Positions 25,850-35,184 of a stretch of DNA of 64,000 bases are shown piece after piece. Source of the stretch: a virus; IMG/VR virus record IMGVR_UViG_3300042314_000177, positions 4,854-68,853 of that record; one strand, given 5' to 3'. The first letter of the stretch is position 1. Every line of letters begins with the position of its first letter. Below the pieces are notes generated by a model. That model did no database searches. It saw nothing but the letters and a program-made list of their open reading frames with translations, and was not told where the DNA came from. The translations under genes were made by a program, and so were the position numbers.

Positions 25850-27217
25850 TTAAATTCTATATGTGACCGTAAAGGCGGTAATTCCTTTTGTGCCTGACGA
25901 TGTGAACGCTGGGCCAGTTGCATCAAAAGTTTTGTAGAATGTAATACCGTCCACAGCTACTTTAGCCTTTGTCATGCCAAGCAAAACGGTGTTATCTTGA
26001 ACAGGTGTAGCCACCCAAACATTTTGGCCCGTTGGCAAAAGCGCGGCGGGTATGCCTGTCATTGCCATAGTTCCGGCGTTGCTCGTAGCGTAAGTGTCAT
26101 CCCACGAAAGCGTAATCAGGCGACCTGTTTTTTGGTATTTGACCGTAGGTTGAACTGTTGTTGTAAAACCTGAAAGCGTAGCGGTGAACGATCCTGTGGT
26201 GCCGCCATCACCTGGCAGCGTTGAAATCAAACTGTTGGTTGCAAAATCACCTACCGACACAAGGCCGCTGTTTGACGTTCCCATTGTTGTAGGTGGGCTA
26301 AAATATAATTTGTTCGTTGCGTAGTTACCGCCTGAAAACAAGTTTACCACACCGCTGGCATTGACGCAGTATTTGTCACCGCCAGCAATAGGGTTGTCAA
26401 ACAAGCAGCCTGTTATAGATGCTGCGCTGCAAACGCCTAGTTTGATTTCTTGGTCGGTGTTGAGTTCAAAATATATACCACTGATGTTGACGCCAACGGT
26501 TCTAGCTGTCTCATAAAACGGGCCATAAGAACCTTGGAAAATGCCGCCAACAAAGTTTGAGCCAGCAATTTGATATTCTGCTTTGATGAATCCAGTTGTC
26601 GCTACGCCGCGACTTCCCTTTTCAAAGACGTTATCCGTCCAATCGACATTGTAAACAGAACCCGCCAGCGAAAACGCGCCGCCAACAACGGACTCCAAAA
26701 ACCAACCTTTAGTCTGTCTGATATTGCAGTTATCAAAGCAATACTGTTGGATGTAGTTGTTAGTGTACGCGCAGTTAATCTTAAAGAAGTAGCAGTTTGA
26801 AAACCGCATACGCAGAAACTTGTTGCCGTTTATGCAATACGCGTTCGTAGTAACATTGTTAGCTGCAAATCTTATGTTTTGAAATGTAACAAACTCTGAC
26901 AGCGGTGCTGAAGTGGTTGCGTATGTGCTGCTAAAAATGCTGATTGTTTGGTCGGTGTAAAAGCCGCCCTTATTGCCGATGCCGACAATGAAAAATTCAT
27001 CTGTGGTGGTGTCTACTTCACGGTCAATGTTTATCGACGCAGTAACATACGTTCTTCCAGGGATGATAAGAGTGGGCCAGTTGTTAGCGGCACAAAAGTC
27101 TATCGCCGCTTGAACAGCAGCAGTGTCATCCGTAACACCATCGCACGCCGCGCCAAAGTCTTTAACGTTGACCGGAGCACCGTCAATCATGGAGTAAGTG
27201 GCTTTAGTGAGCGACAT
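25850..27217 (-). CDS. Tail spike (pectate-lyase-like beta helix)
   Basis: VNVKDFGAACDGVTDDTAAVQAAID. Confidence 0.85.
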   Translation of the reverse strand: MSLTKATYSMIDGAPVNVKDFGAACDGVTDDTAAVQAAIDFCAANNWPTLIIPGRTYVTASINIDREVDTTTDEFFIVGIGNKGGFYTDQTISIFSSTYATTSAPLSEFVTFQNIRFAANNVTTNAYCINGNKFLRMRFSNCYFFKINCAYTNNYIQQYCFDNCNIRQTKGWFLESVVGGAFSLAGSVYNVDWTDNVFEKGSRGVATTGFIKAEYQIAGSNFVGGIFQGSYGPFYETARTVGVNISGIYFELNTDQEIKLGVCSAASITGCLFDNPIAGGDKYCVNASGVVNLFSGGNYATNKLYFSPPTTMGTSNSGLVSVGDFATNSLISTLPGDGGTTGSFTATLSGFTTTVQPTVKYQKTGRLITLSWDDTYATSNAGTMAMTGIPAALLPTGQNVWVATPVQDNTVLLGMTKAKVAVDGITFYKTFDATGPAFTSSGTKGITAFTVTYRI

Positions 27218-27229
27218 TGTAATCTCCGA

Positions 27230-28105
27230 TTAAGCTGCGCGGTATGTCAAACTAAGAACAAACGCACTGTTGTTTGCAAACCCTACGTCACTCAAAGCAA
27301 TCCCAGTGGATTGAATTAAGTCTATATTTGTAGTGTTAATAGCTGCGTAACCGCTAAGCTGACCCGCAAAGGTTACGTTTATTGGAAGCACTGAAAGCGC
27401 CGAATAGCCAGATGCGTTGTTTACGCAAGTAAACGGCAACCCTGTAATTTGTGCCGCGCCTGTTGAAGAGCCTTTATTAGCCAGCGAAAGATAGCAGCTA
27501 ACGGTAACAATGTTGCCTATGCGGGTGTAATAGCCAACACTGTTAGATAAAGCCACACCTACAGATGCGCCGCCAAATGATACGCCAGCCGTCCAAGTGC
27601 CTTCTTCGTACCAATCTAGCAATTCGCTGGTCATGCCAGCCGAGGCAGTGTTTGCGCTGAAGTCGATACCTTTGCCAGCAACGGGAGCAAAACCGTTAGA
27701 ATTGATGTCGCCAACAACAACGCCAGCAATATTAAACTGCACTTTTGATGAAACAGGGGTTGTAGCTATTTGCATAAAGTTGGAGCCGTTGCTCCAGAAA
27801 AGGTTTGCAAAGTTTTCAGCGTTGTTTCCGCCTAGCAAGAACCCACCGTTGGTTGAACCCACGCCACCATAAATGCTGAGGTATGCGTTTGCAGATGTAT
27901 TGGTAATGCCAACTTGTGTTCCGCCAATGCTATATGCTGGGGTTCCCGTTCCAAACGATCCAGACAGTGCAGACATAGCACGGCCCGCCGTCACGTCGCC
28001 TATGCTAACCTTTACAGTTGATCCGCCTTGCACAATCGGCAAAACTTCTGTGCCTGCAAGCGGGGTTGTAGCTGCGGTTAACGCTGAGATTTTCTTATCT
28101 GCCAT
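27230..28105 (-). CDS. Tail fibre protein
   Basis: MADKKISALT N-terminus; WYEEGTWT...YTRIG knob pattern. Confidence 0.75.
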   Translation of the reverse strand: MADKKISALTAATTPLAGTEVLPIVQGGSTVKVSIGDVTAGRAMSALSGSFGTGTPAYSIGGTQVGITNTSANAYLSIYGGVGSTNGGFLLGGNNAENFANLFWSNGSNFMQIATTPVSSKVQFNIAGVVVGDINSNGFAPVAGKGIDFSANTASAGMTSELLDWYEEGTWTAGVSFGGASVGVALSNSVGYYTRIGNIVTVSCYLSLANKGSSTGAAQITGLPFTCVNNASGYSALSVLPINVTFAGQLSGYAAINTTNIDLIQSTGIALSDVGFANNSAFVLSLTYRAA

Positions 28106-28108
28106 TTG

Positions 28109-28211
28109 TCTACTCCAATTAAATCATTCGGCCTTCAAACCGAGTGCGCCAGCTTGATCCGGCAGTGGCATTGCCTGAAAGAACACCCACTGATTTCGTG
28201 GAGTTAGAAAT
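28109..28211. repeat. 103-bp exact direct repeat of 63898-64000
   Basis: Base-for-base identity up to the window edge. Confidence 0.95.
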
Positions 28212-30137
28212 TCTTAATTGAATGTACGCGGTGTCGTTGGGCACCATGTACACAGTAACAGTTCCTTGCTGAGTCAAGTTGTTTGCTGAAGTTCGCATGG
28301 CCCCATAGTTACCAAGGTTTAATTGATAGGTTGTTCCGCCGACCACCAAAGACAGCAAGCCCTCTGTGTGACCCACCGCAAGATTGTCTAAGGCTAATTG
28401 AACTTTGAACTCATAGTAGCCAAACAAAGGTGCGGTAAATACGCCTGTAGCTGCATTAAACGCTGACGCAAGATCGTATTCTTGGTTCCACGCCAGCGAA
28501 TTAAACGAATAATTTGTTCCGTCACCCGTTAAGTTTGACGCATCGTTGAGCAATCCAGCAGCAAACGCGCCGTTGTCGTTTCGGACAAAACCAATTACAC
28601 GCTGTCTATATCCAGGTTCAATTTCAACATTCGAGCCAACAACGGTGTACCCGTAAGTGCCGTTAACATTTTTTATCAAGGTTGACCCGCTAGTCCCAGG
28701 CACATAACAACCTATAATACTTGATTGACCAGCAGCGTTGCCCCAATCCATCAAACGAGTGGTGTTGCTGGTTTGTAGGTAACAGCCGTTGAAATTCACC
28801 GTGTTTGCTGTGGTGGCTAGGTAAATACCGGTATTGCTGTCTTCAAACCAACAGCCCGTGAAATTCATCAACTGGCTATTGTTGGCTTGAATCTGCCATG
28901 CTCCGTCAGAGAACACGCAGTTCACAAAGCTAAATGCAGCCCCAGCTCCGGCCATCACAAACCTGTCGGTAGCAGTGCCTTTCCAAGTCGTAGAAATAAA
29001 CTGGTGGATGGCCCCATTGCCTTTTACGCCAATGTTGCAGCCACCTATGTAGCAGTCTTTGACGATAGTGTCGTGTGCAAAATTGGGGAATGACCCAGAC
29101 CCAAGATCAATTGCCGTTGCGTTTGCCGTGTAATTGATAAACTCAAAAAACACGCGCTCAAAACTGCAACGATACGCAGCATAACTTCCTGGGACATCTA
29201 CACCGACATCAGCTTTGTTGTTGCCATTTAATCGAATGTTGCTTAGTTTGCAGTTACTGTGCCCTTCAGAAACGCCCGCAAACGACAGCATTGTCCCGCC
29301 GTTAGTGTCCCAAATCAAATTGCATTGTGGCAAATCTGTAAAAGTGCTGGCGTTTTCGCCATACATCGTTTGCCCCGATGCGCTGTACCGCAAAGTGCTG
29401 GTGATAATGTAATCACCCAACGGCACAAAAACATCGTGTCCTGTATCTAATGCGTCCTGAATAGCAACCGTGTCATCAGCCACGCCATCGCCAACAGCGC
29501 CAAAGTCCTTTACCGAAACATATTGCTCCAGCTTTGTCTGAACGGTCTGTGCGGTGGCTCCAGCAAAGGTTGCGGTGTATGAGATAGCCGTTGCGTTGCC
29601 AGAGTTAATAACGCCAGTTTCGTTCGTCATCACTTCAATGCTGGAATTTAGCGGTGGAGCAATCGAGAACGTAATGACATTGCCTAAAAGGTTATAGCTA
29701 TCCTTTTCCTGATAAACGCCGTTGATGAAAACGTTGGTTGCCAGAATGGTAGATGGCGCAGCCGAAAGCGTGAAGTCAACCTCAACGCCATCACCAACAA
29801 AGTCGTTCTTGACAACAGACGCAGATACAGCAGCGGGATCGAAGCCATATCCTACAGGACTGTAGAGAACGAACTCGTTACGCTTGTTGCGGATTGTAAT
29901 GGAGAACTCGCCACCAGTGTAAAGCAGTGCTGGTGTGCCGTTACGATAAGCGTAGCCGTTGCTTGTGCGGATTGGCTGAGTAGCTGGAATGGTTAGGTTT
30001 GCGTCAAAGAACACCTGAATCGGATTTGTCTCAGGGTCATCGTTGATTGCACCGATATACAGGTATCCGTCATCCAGAGGCGTACCGTCTAGATCAGTGA
30101 ATATTGGGTAAGGGCCAGTAACTTGAGTAAGTGCCAT
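28119..30137 (-). CDS. Tailspike with P22-type head-binding domain and beta helix
   Basis: PYPIFTDLDGTPLDDGYLYIG N-terminus; VSVKDFGAVGDGVADDT. Confidence 0.88.
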   Translation of the reverse strand: MALTQVTGPYPIFTDLDGTPLDDGYLYIGAINDDPETNPIQVFFDANLTIPATQPIRTSNGYAYRNGTPALLYTGGEFSITIRNKRNEFVLYSPVGYGFDPAAVSASVVKNDFVGDGVEVDFTLSAAPSTILATNVFINGVYQEKDSYNLLGNVITFSIAPPLNSSIEVMTNETGVINSGNATAISYTATFAGATAQTVQTKLEQYVSVKDFGAVGDGVADDTVAIQDALDTGHDVFVPLGDYIITSTLRYSASGQTMYGENASTFTDLPQCNLIWDTNGGTMLSFAGVSEGHSNCKLSNIRLNGNNKADVGVDVPGSYAAYRCSFERVFFEFINYTANATAIDLGSGSFPNFAHDTIVKDCYIGGCNIGVKGNGAIHQFISTTWKGTATDRFVMAGAGAAFSFVNCVFSDGAWQIQANNSQLMNFTGCWFEDSNTGIYLATTANTVNFNGCYLQTSNTTRLMDWGNAAGQSSIIGCYVPGTSGSTLIKNVNGTYGYTVVGSNVEIEPGYRQRVIGFVRNDNGAFAAGLLNDASNLTGDGTNYSFNSLAWNQEYDLASAFNAATGVFTAPLFGYYEFKVQLALDNLAVGHTEGLLSLVVGGTTYQLNLGNYGAMRTSANNLTQQGTVTVYMVPNDTAYIQLRISNSTKSVGVLSGNATAGSSWRTRFEGRMI

Positions 30138-30195
30138 TAGAACTTAATCCCTTGCGTCTTTGAGCTTATAGCCGAAATTATGTTGCAGCGAAAGG
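30138..30195 (-). promoter_or_regulatory. Possible internal promoter of the tailspike operon
   Basis: GGCTATAAG -10-like element in the intergenic gap. Confidence 0.35.
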
Positions 30196-33100
30196 TCATT
30201 GTGGCATTTCTACTGTTGGTGCTTCGTCTGGTTTAGAACCTACAGCTTCTGTGCCACCAATCGTCGCACCCTTTGCTATTGCAGAGTTCAACCAATTGCG
30301 AGCGTCCTTCATGTCGATGCCAACTAACTTAGCGTAGTCGCTGAACTGCTTACTGCCAGCAACACGATTGATGTTGCGCTCAAGCGCATCGCCAGTTGCT
30401 GCGCTTACTGTTAAATCGCGGAATGGTTCGCTACTTATCAGGTTATGTAACTTCTGAGCATTCGTCTTGCCAAGCCGTTGTGCAATCTCAGGGGCAGCAG
30501 CAGCCAAGCCAGCGCCTGCCACAGCCATGAGAGGGCCACCAAGCACGTTGCCGATCATAGCAGCGCCAGCAGCGCCACCAGATGCCATAAGGATTCTGCT
30601 TAGAAGCCTTTCTGAATTTAGCAGTTGTAGCTGATTTGAAGCACCAGTGCGCGTAATAGCTTTGTCAGCATCGCTCAGACGTCGAGACACAGCATATAGA
30701 TCAGTCAAAAGCTTATCACCTTCTGGGCCAACTGCCTCCGCTACTTGCTTATAAACTGCGCTATTAGCTCGTAGGTCACGATAGATGTTTGCGAAGTTTG
30801 TAAAACTAAATGTCTCGTCAGTTGCTTTTGCTGCCTTGAACAGTGCTGAGGTAAGCACCCTACCGCGCATATTTTCTGGGATGATCTTAACAAGAGTATT
30901 TAGCGTTTGAACGTTACCCTTTGTTCCTTGTGTAATTGCACGCTGCATTAGCGGTGCAAGGCTTCCAGATAGGTTCTTGGTGAAGATCCGCTCCATCTGT
31001 TCGCGGCCTTCATACATCTGCTTGAACAGAGTATTTGCTGCACGCTGCTTGTCAGCAATTTCCTTACCCGCGCTTGCCTCAATGAAATTAATTTGATCGT
31101 CAGCCAAAGCTCCGTAAATGTCTTTTAAACGCTTTATGTTGGTATCCGACCAAGGGCCAGTACCATTCTCAAGCGCCTGACCAATCATGTCTCGATATTC
31201 ATTTAGGGCAGTATATGTTGGATTATCCTTAGAGATAGAAGACCATAGTTTCTTTTCTTCTCCAGAAAGGTTCATAATTCCTTTCTTGCCGCCACCTAAA
31301 AGACGAATGCGTTCTTGCAGATAAGATTTAATTTTATCACTGCTTACTGTGCCAGCAGCATCAATTGAATCAGTAACTTCATCACGTAATACACCAGCCT
31401 TCTTACCGAGGCCCTTTTGAGCATTATCCAGTTGGTCGAATACGTCAGCCGACACTTGCGAAATGTCAGTGACAGCATCTAGTTCATCCATTGCCTTATG
31501 AGCGCGTTCCGATGCAGCCTGAACAGTTTCGTTCCAAACTTCCTTTGCCTGAGAAGCGATTTGTGCGCGTGTTAAGCCAACGACTTCTTTCAATTGAGAA
31601 TTATCACTAAGAACATCGACTGGAAGTTCAAGGCCAAGACGATCAGCAGCAGCCTTTGCCTCTGGATTAGTCTTTGCCATCTCAGCCAATTGAGCTCGTG
31701 CCTTTGAAGCACCAGGCCCACGACTAACAGCTTTCTGAGCTAAGTCGATCATTCCTTCAGTGCTAATCTGAGCAGCTACGTCTTCTACCGCTTCACCAGC
31801 GATGGGCGCGGCCATACCAGCAGTAGGCGGAGCCATGCCAGTAGGCGCACCAGTTGGGATATCGAATCCAGTTGGTGACGGAGCCGCTTGTCCGCCCATA
31901 CCAATATCAGGAACCATGCCTGTAGGCACTTCCCCCGTTACATTAACAAATTCACCTTCAGGTATACCAGTCCCATCTGGAGCCATCCCATCTGGAGCAG
32001 CGCCACCTGGCATAAAGCGTCGAGCAGCAGCACCAAATCCTGATTGCAATATGCCTCCAGCAGCAGCGGTTTTTGCACGCTCTAAAGCACTAGCGTCAGG
32101 CCGTCCTTCGCCGCCGCCATAAATGCCACCCTCAACGATGTCTCGTACTACTGGGCCTCCAGGAATAAACTTTGTAAGCTTGTTAACGGGAGACACAATG
32201 CTGCTTGGTATTTCAGCAAGCATAGATGTTATTGGATAATTCTCCATGCTATACTCACCAGCAGCCTGGAGCTTTGCAGCAGCTTCTGGGGACTTAAATA
32301 CTGTAGAAAGAATTTCTTCCCCAAGATTACTTGTGAATCCACGAACAGCAGCTGTACCAATAGCGGTTTCCATTCCTGGAGCAGATGGTTCACGTATGCC
32401 TGAACGATTAGGAGTGAATCTAATTGTGCGCTGTGGATCTTCGCTTAGAGCCTTAACCGTTTCTGCGCTGAGGGGATTTCCACCAGTCAACTCTATAGCC
32501 TTGGCATTAACTTCATCAAGTGTTCTGCCAGCAGCCCACATCCCCTGAAGCTCGCTTGCTATGGAAATATCTTTATCAGTTGAGAACTTATCGCCTTCAG
32601 CAACTTTAAGCACAGGGACGCCACCAGCGGTTTCAGCTTCCGCACCGCCCATGACCTTTAAGAAATTTTCTTTTATTCTGTCTTTGTAAGCGTTAGCAAA
32701 ATCTTCACCAATAACAGCGTCTGGATTAACATTGTAAGTCGGGTCTGTAGAAAGTTGTCTAAACCGATTACGCGCAAAGTCATATGCAAGTCTATCAGAC
32801 GCAATCAAATCTCTCGTTGCGATAAGAAACTGGCGGCGAGCTTGTGGAGATACAAACCCAGATTCTGGGTCATAAAGACCCTTCAAATCAGTTATGGTTC
32901 TATCAATAGAAGTTTGAATATCTTTAGTTGTTTCAAATTCTCCGCCCAACACGCCAGTGCTGGGGTCTTTGATTTTGCTACCTAATGTAATTAAAAAATT
33001 GTCATCAGCTTTGCTTGGATTAGTGCGGCTGGCAATCGTCACCATAGTATCAAATATAGGCAAAACCTTTTGATATTTAACTACAGCAGGCTCAGTTCCA

Positions 33101-33396
33101 TACTTTGAAAAAAGAGATTCAAATTTTGTTCGACCTTCAGTTTCAACACCCTTCTGTTCTTGGCGTTTAGCAAGGTCAGCTGCTTCCTGAGCTAATCGCA
33201 AGCGTTCTTCGTCGCGTGTCTCACCAGAAACCTTGCGACTTTCTTCAGCTATCTGCTCAGGCGACCTTGGAATATCAATGACATTAATTTTCGGAATCGA
33301 AAGCTTTTCACGAGGCACGCCACCCTGAACAATGTATTTTTTGCCATCGCTACCTGTGAGCTGATCACCTTCTTTGTACTTAACTGCCATAATCAA
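30196..33396 (-). CDS. Large DNA ejection protein (P22 gp16 position)
   Basis: 1066 aa, helical, last gene before the tailspike. Confidence 0.7.
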   Translation of the reverse strand: MIMAVKYKEGDQLTGSDGKKYIVQGGVPREKLSIPKINVIDIPRSPEQIAEESRKVSGETRDEERLRLAQEAADLAKRQEQKGVETEGRTKFESLFSKYGTEPAVVKYQKVLPIFDTMVTIASRTNPSKADDNFLITLGSKIKDPSTGVLGGEFETTKDIQTSIDRTITDLKGLYDPESGFVSPQARRQFLIATRDLIASDRLAYDFARNRFRQLSTDPTYNVNPDAVIGEDFANAYKDRIKENFLKVMGGAEAETAGGVPVLKVAEGDKFSTDKDISIASELQGMWAAGRTLDEVNAKAIELTGGNPLSAETVKALSEDPQRTIRFTPNRSGIREPSAPGMETAIGTAAVRGFTSNLGEEILSTVFKSPEAAAKLQAAGEYSMENYPITSMLAEIPSSIVSPVNKLTKFIPGGPVVRDIVEGGIYGGGEGRPDASALERAKTAAAGGILQSGFGAAARRFMPGGAAPDGMAPDGTGIPEGEFVNVTGEVPTGMVPDIGMGGQAAPSPTGFDIPTGAPTGMAPPTAGMAAPIAGEAVEDVAAQISTEGMIDLAQKAVSRGPGASKARAQLAEMAKTNPEAKAAADRLGLELPVDVLSDNSQLKEVVGLTRAQIASQAKEVWNETVQAASERAHKAMDELDAVTDISQVSADVFDQLDNAQKGLGKKAGVLRDEVTDSIDAAGTVSSDKIKSYLQERIRLLGGGKKGIMNLSGEEKKLWSSISKDNPTYTALNEYRDMIGQALENGTGPWSDTNIKRLKDIYGALADDQINFIEASAGKEIADKQRAANTLFKQMYEGREQMERIFTKNLSGSLAPLMQRAITQGTKGNVQTLNTLVKIIPENMRGRVLTSALFKAAKATDETFSFTNFANIYRDLRANSAVYKQVAEAVGPEGDKLLTDLYAVSRRLSDADKAITRTGASNQLQLLNSERLLSRILMASGGAAGAAMIGNVLGGPLMAVAGAGLAAAAPEIAQRLGKTNAQKLHNLISSEPFRDLTVSAATGDALERNINRVAGSKQFSDYAKLVGIDMKDARNWLNSAIAKGATIGGTEAVGSKPDEAPTVEMPQ

Positions 33397-33758
33397 TCAC
33401 CATATCTTTTACGAGAACGACTTACGTCAGGAGCCTTACCCCAACCAGGGAAGGTTATATGTAATGCGCCTTTGTTACTAGCAGCAACGCGAGTGCCTGG
33501 ATATGTTCGTTTTACTAAGGCAATCGCTTCAGACATCTTCATTCCTTTTGGCGGGAAAAAGTCAAGACCGTCACCTTTTTGGTGCGATCCCGTCTTTGTT
33601 GTTGTCAAACCCTGCGCCCTTAATGCATCTTGGTGCTTTTGCGTCCTGAATCCACTTGTTGGACTAAAGCCAAGTGCGCCTAAATCCTTTATTGGGTTAA
33701 TGTTACTACCCTTAAAAGGTACCAGACTGCGTTGTGCTAGTCTGACCTCCTGTATCAT
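33393..33758 (-). CDS. M15-like peptidoglycan peptidase domain, probably expressed by +1 frameshift
   Basis: TSGFRT...SHQKGDGLDF...ALHI; +1 frame relative to the upstream gene. Confidence 0.7.
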   Translation of the reverse strand: MIQEVRLAQRSLVPFKGSNINPIKDLGALGFSPTSGFRTQKHQDALRAQGLTTTKTGSHQKGDGLDFFPPKGMKMSEAIALVKRTYPGTRVAASNKGALHITFPGWGKAPDVSRSRKRYGD

Positions 33759-34467
33759 CAATTGTAAAAGTAACCTCAGGAGGGGCTTCATTGCCAGTAA
33801 CATTACCTATGAAACTCTCAGCATTTACAATTTTACCACCAGGCTGAACGGGAATAAGTTTCATACCCTCAGTTTTTAACCATGTATCTGCTGCCGCCTT
33901 GCCTAAAATACGCACGCGATCCTGATACTCTTTACCTACAGGCGAAAGGTTTTGAGTTATGCCAACAACCTTCTCGTATAAATCTTTGTCGCTTTGAATT
34001 AAAGCTAGTTCCATTGGAAGCACTACAAGGTCAGGGTCTGTATCAAAGGCTGTTATCATATCTTGGGCTGCTTTTGCTTGTTTTTCCTGCCCTACTGTTC
34101 CTTGATAACCTTCCAATTGCTTTTTTAAACGAGCGCGAGCTAACTCACGCTTGCCGTTCTTTACTAAAGTAATGACTTCTGAGCGAAGCAAATTTGCGTT
34201 CTTTTTTTCATCTTCATTCAAAATAGATTCTGACGCCTTGATCTGGTCATTAAGTTCAGGGAACGCCATCGCTAGTCGTGCTAAGTTAGGAGCCGATCTA
34301 TCTTGTTGATACGATGCCATCGCTTGCTTTATCTCCGCAGCGCGTTGCTGCTTTAAGACAGCAGCCTGTTCAGCACGTTGCCTTTGCTCTTGAGCTTGAG
34401 CAAAGTTAAGCGAGCCTTCGAAAGCTGCCATAGGGCTTGCAATGTTATAGTTAAATGGATCAGGCAT
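33712..34467 (-). CDS. DNA ejection protein (P22 gp20 position)
   Basis: Helical Gln/Ala-rich, coupled to the gp7-like gene. Confidence 0.7.
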   Translation of the reverse strand: MPDPFNYNIASPMAAFEGSLNFAQAQEQRQRAEQAAVLKQQRAAEIKQAMASYQQDRSAPNLARLAMAFPELNDQIKASESILNEDEKKNANLLRSEVITLVKNGKRELARARLKKQLEGYQGTVGQEKQAKAAQDMITAFDTDPDLVVLPMELALIQSDKDLYEKVVGITQNLSPVGKEYQDRVRILGKAAADTWLKTEGMKLIPVQPGGKIVNAESFIGNVTGNEAPPEVTFTIDDTGGQTSTTQSGTF

Positions 34468-35183
34468 TAGAATGTTCTCTGGTTTATATTAGACATAGTG
34501 AAGCCACTAGGCCCAATCATTCCGCTTTGTGGTGGCACTGGAGGCGTTGGAACGCCCGATGGAGTCACGGGTGGCTTAAACAGCCCTGGTAGCTGTCCAC
34601 CTATAGTGCCGATTGCCTGATTAAAGGCATTGGCCTGTCCTAATATACCACCAGCTTGTGCTTGTCCCGCTTGCGTATATGCGTTGCCAATATTGGTTGC
34701 AGAGTTAAGTGTATTGGTTGCAACGCCAGCAGCAGAGGCTTGGCCAAGAGTTGAAAGCCCAGCCAAACGTCCATATTGCTGATCTAAAAACTGAGTCAAT
34801 AATGCGGGGCGAAACTGAGCTAATGCGCCCTGAATGTTGCCGCCGCGAAGTCCACCAGTTGCTGATGCGTTTTGCCGAATGGCATCCTCTCCTTGTGCAG
34901 CCAATGCCTGAAAGAATGGGCTTTGCTCTTGCTGCGATATATAGGCTTGCTGTGCTTCTGGGCCTGACAGACCCAATGACGCCATCTGAGCTTGCAAGGC
35001 TGGTGTGCCAGCGGACACATACGGGTTAAGCAGCGTCCGCATTTCCTCACGAGCCGCACGCTGTTCGTCTGCTGTTCTGTCAGCCGCCGCAAGTTGTGTT
35101 TTACTCGCTCTTTTAGAGGCACTAATTGACACCCCTGCGCCGATGATGGCGCTACCGATTGTTGCCGCTGCTACCGCACTCAT
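34467..35183 (-). CDS. DNA ejection protein, P22 gp7-like
   Basis: QNASATGGLRGGN; homologue of 98-724. Confidence 0.85.
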   Translation of the reverse strand: MSAVAAATIGSAIIGAGVSISASKRASKTQLAAADRTADEQRAAREEMRTLLNPYVSAGTPALQAQMASLGLSGPEAQQAYISQQEQSPFFQALAAQGEDAIRQNASATGGLRGGNIQGALAQFRPALLTQFLDQQYGRLAGLSTLGQASAAGVATNTLNSATNIGNAYTQAGQAQAGGILGQANAFNQAIGTIGGQLPGLFKPPVTPSGVPTPPVPPQSGMIGPSGFTMSNINQRTF

Positions 35184-35184
35184 A

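Larger units (their letters stand above)
1..28108. mobile_element. P22-like phage genome, unit A (partial, continues left of the window)
   Basis: Terminase, portal, coat, gp4, gp10, replication and lysis genes in the same order as unit B. Confidence 0.95.

Noticed and set aside
25850-30137. Diversity-generating retroelement or invertible tail cassette
   Set aside because: No reverse transcriptase, no adenine-specific TR/VR pair, no invertase or inverted repeats.
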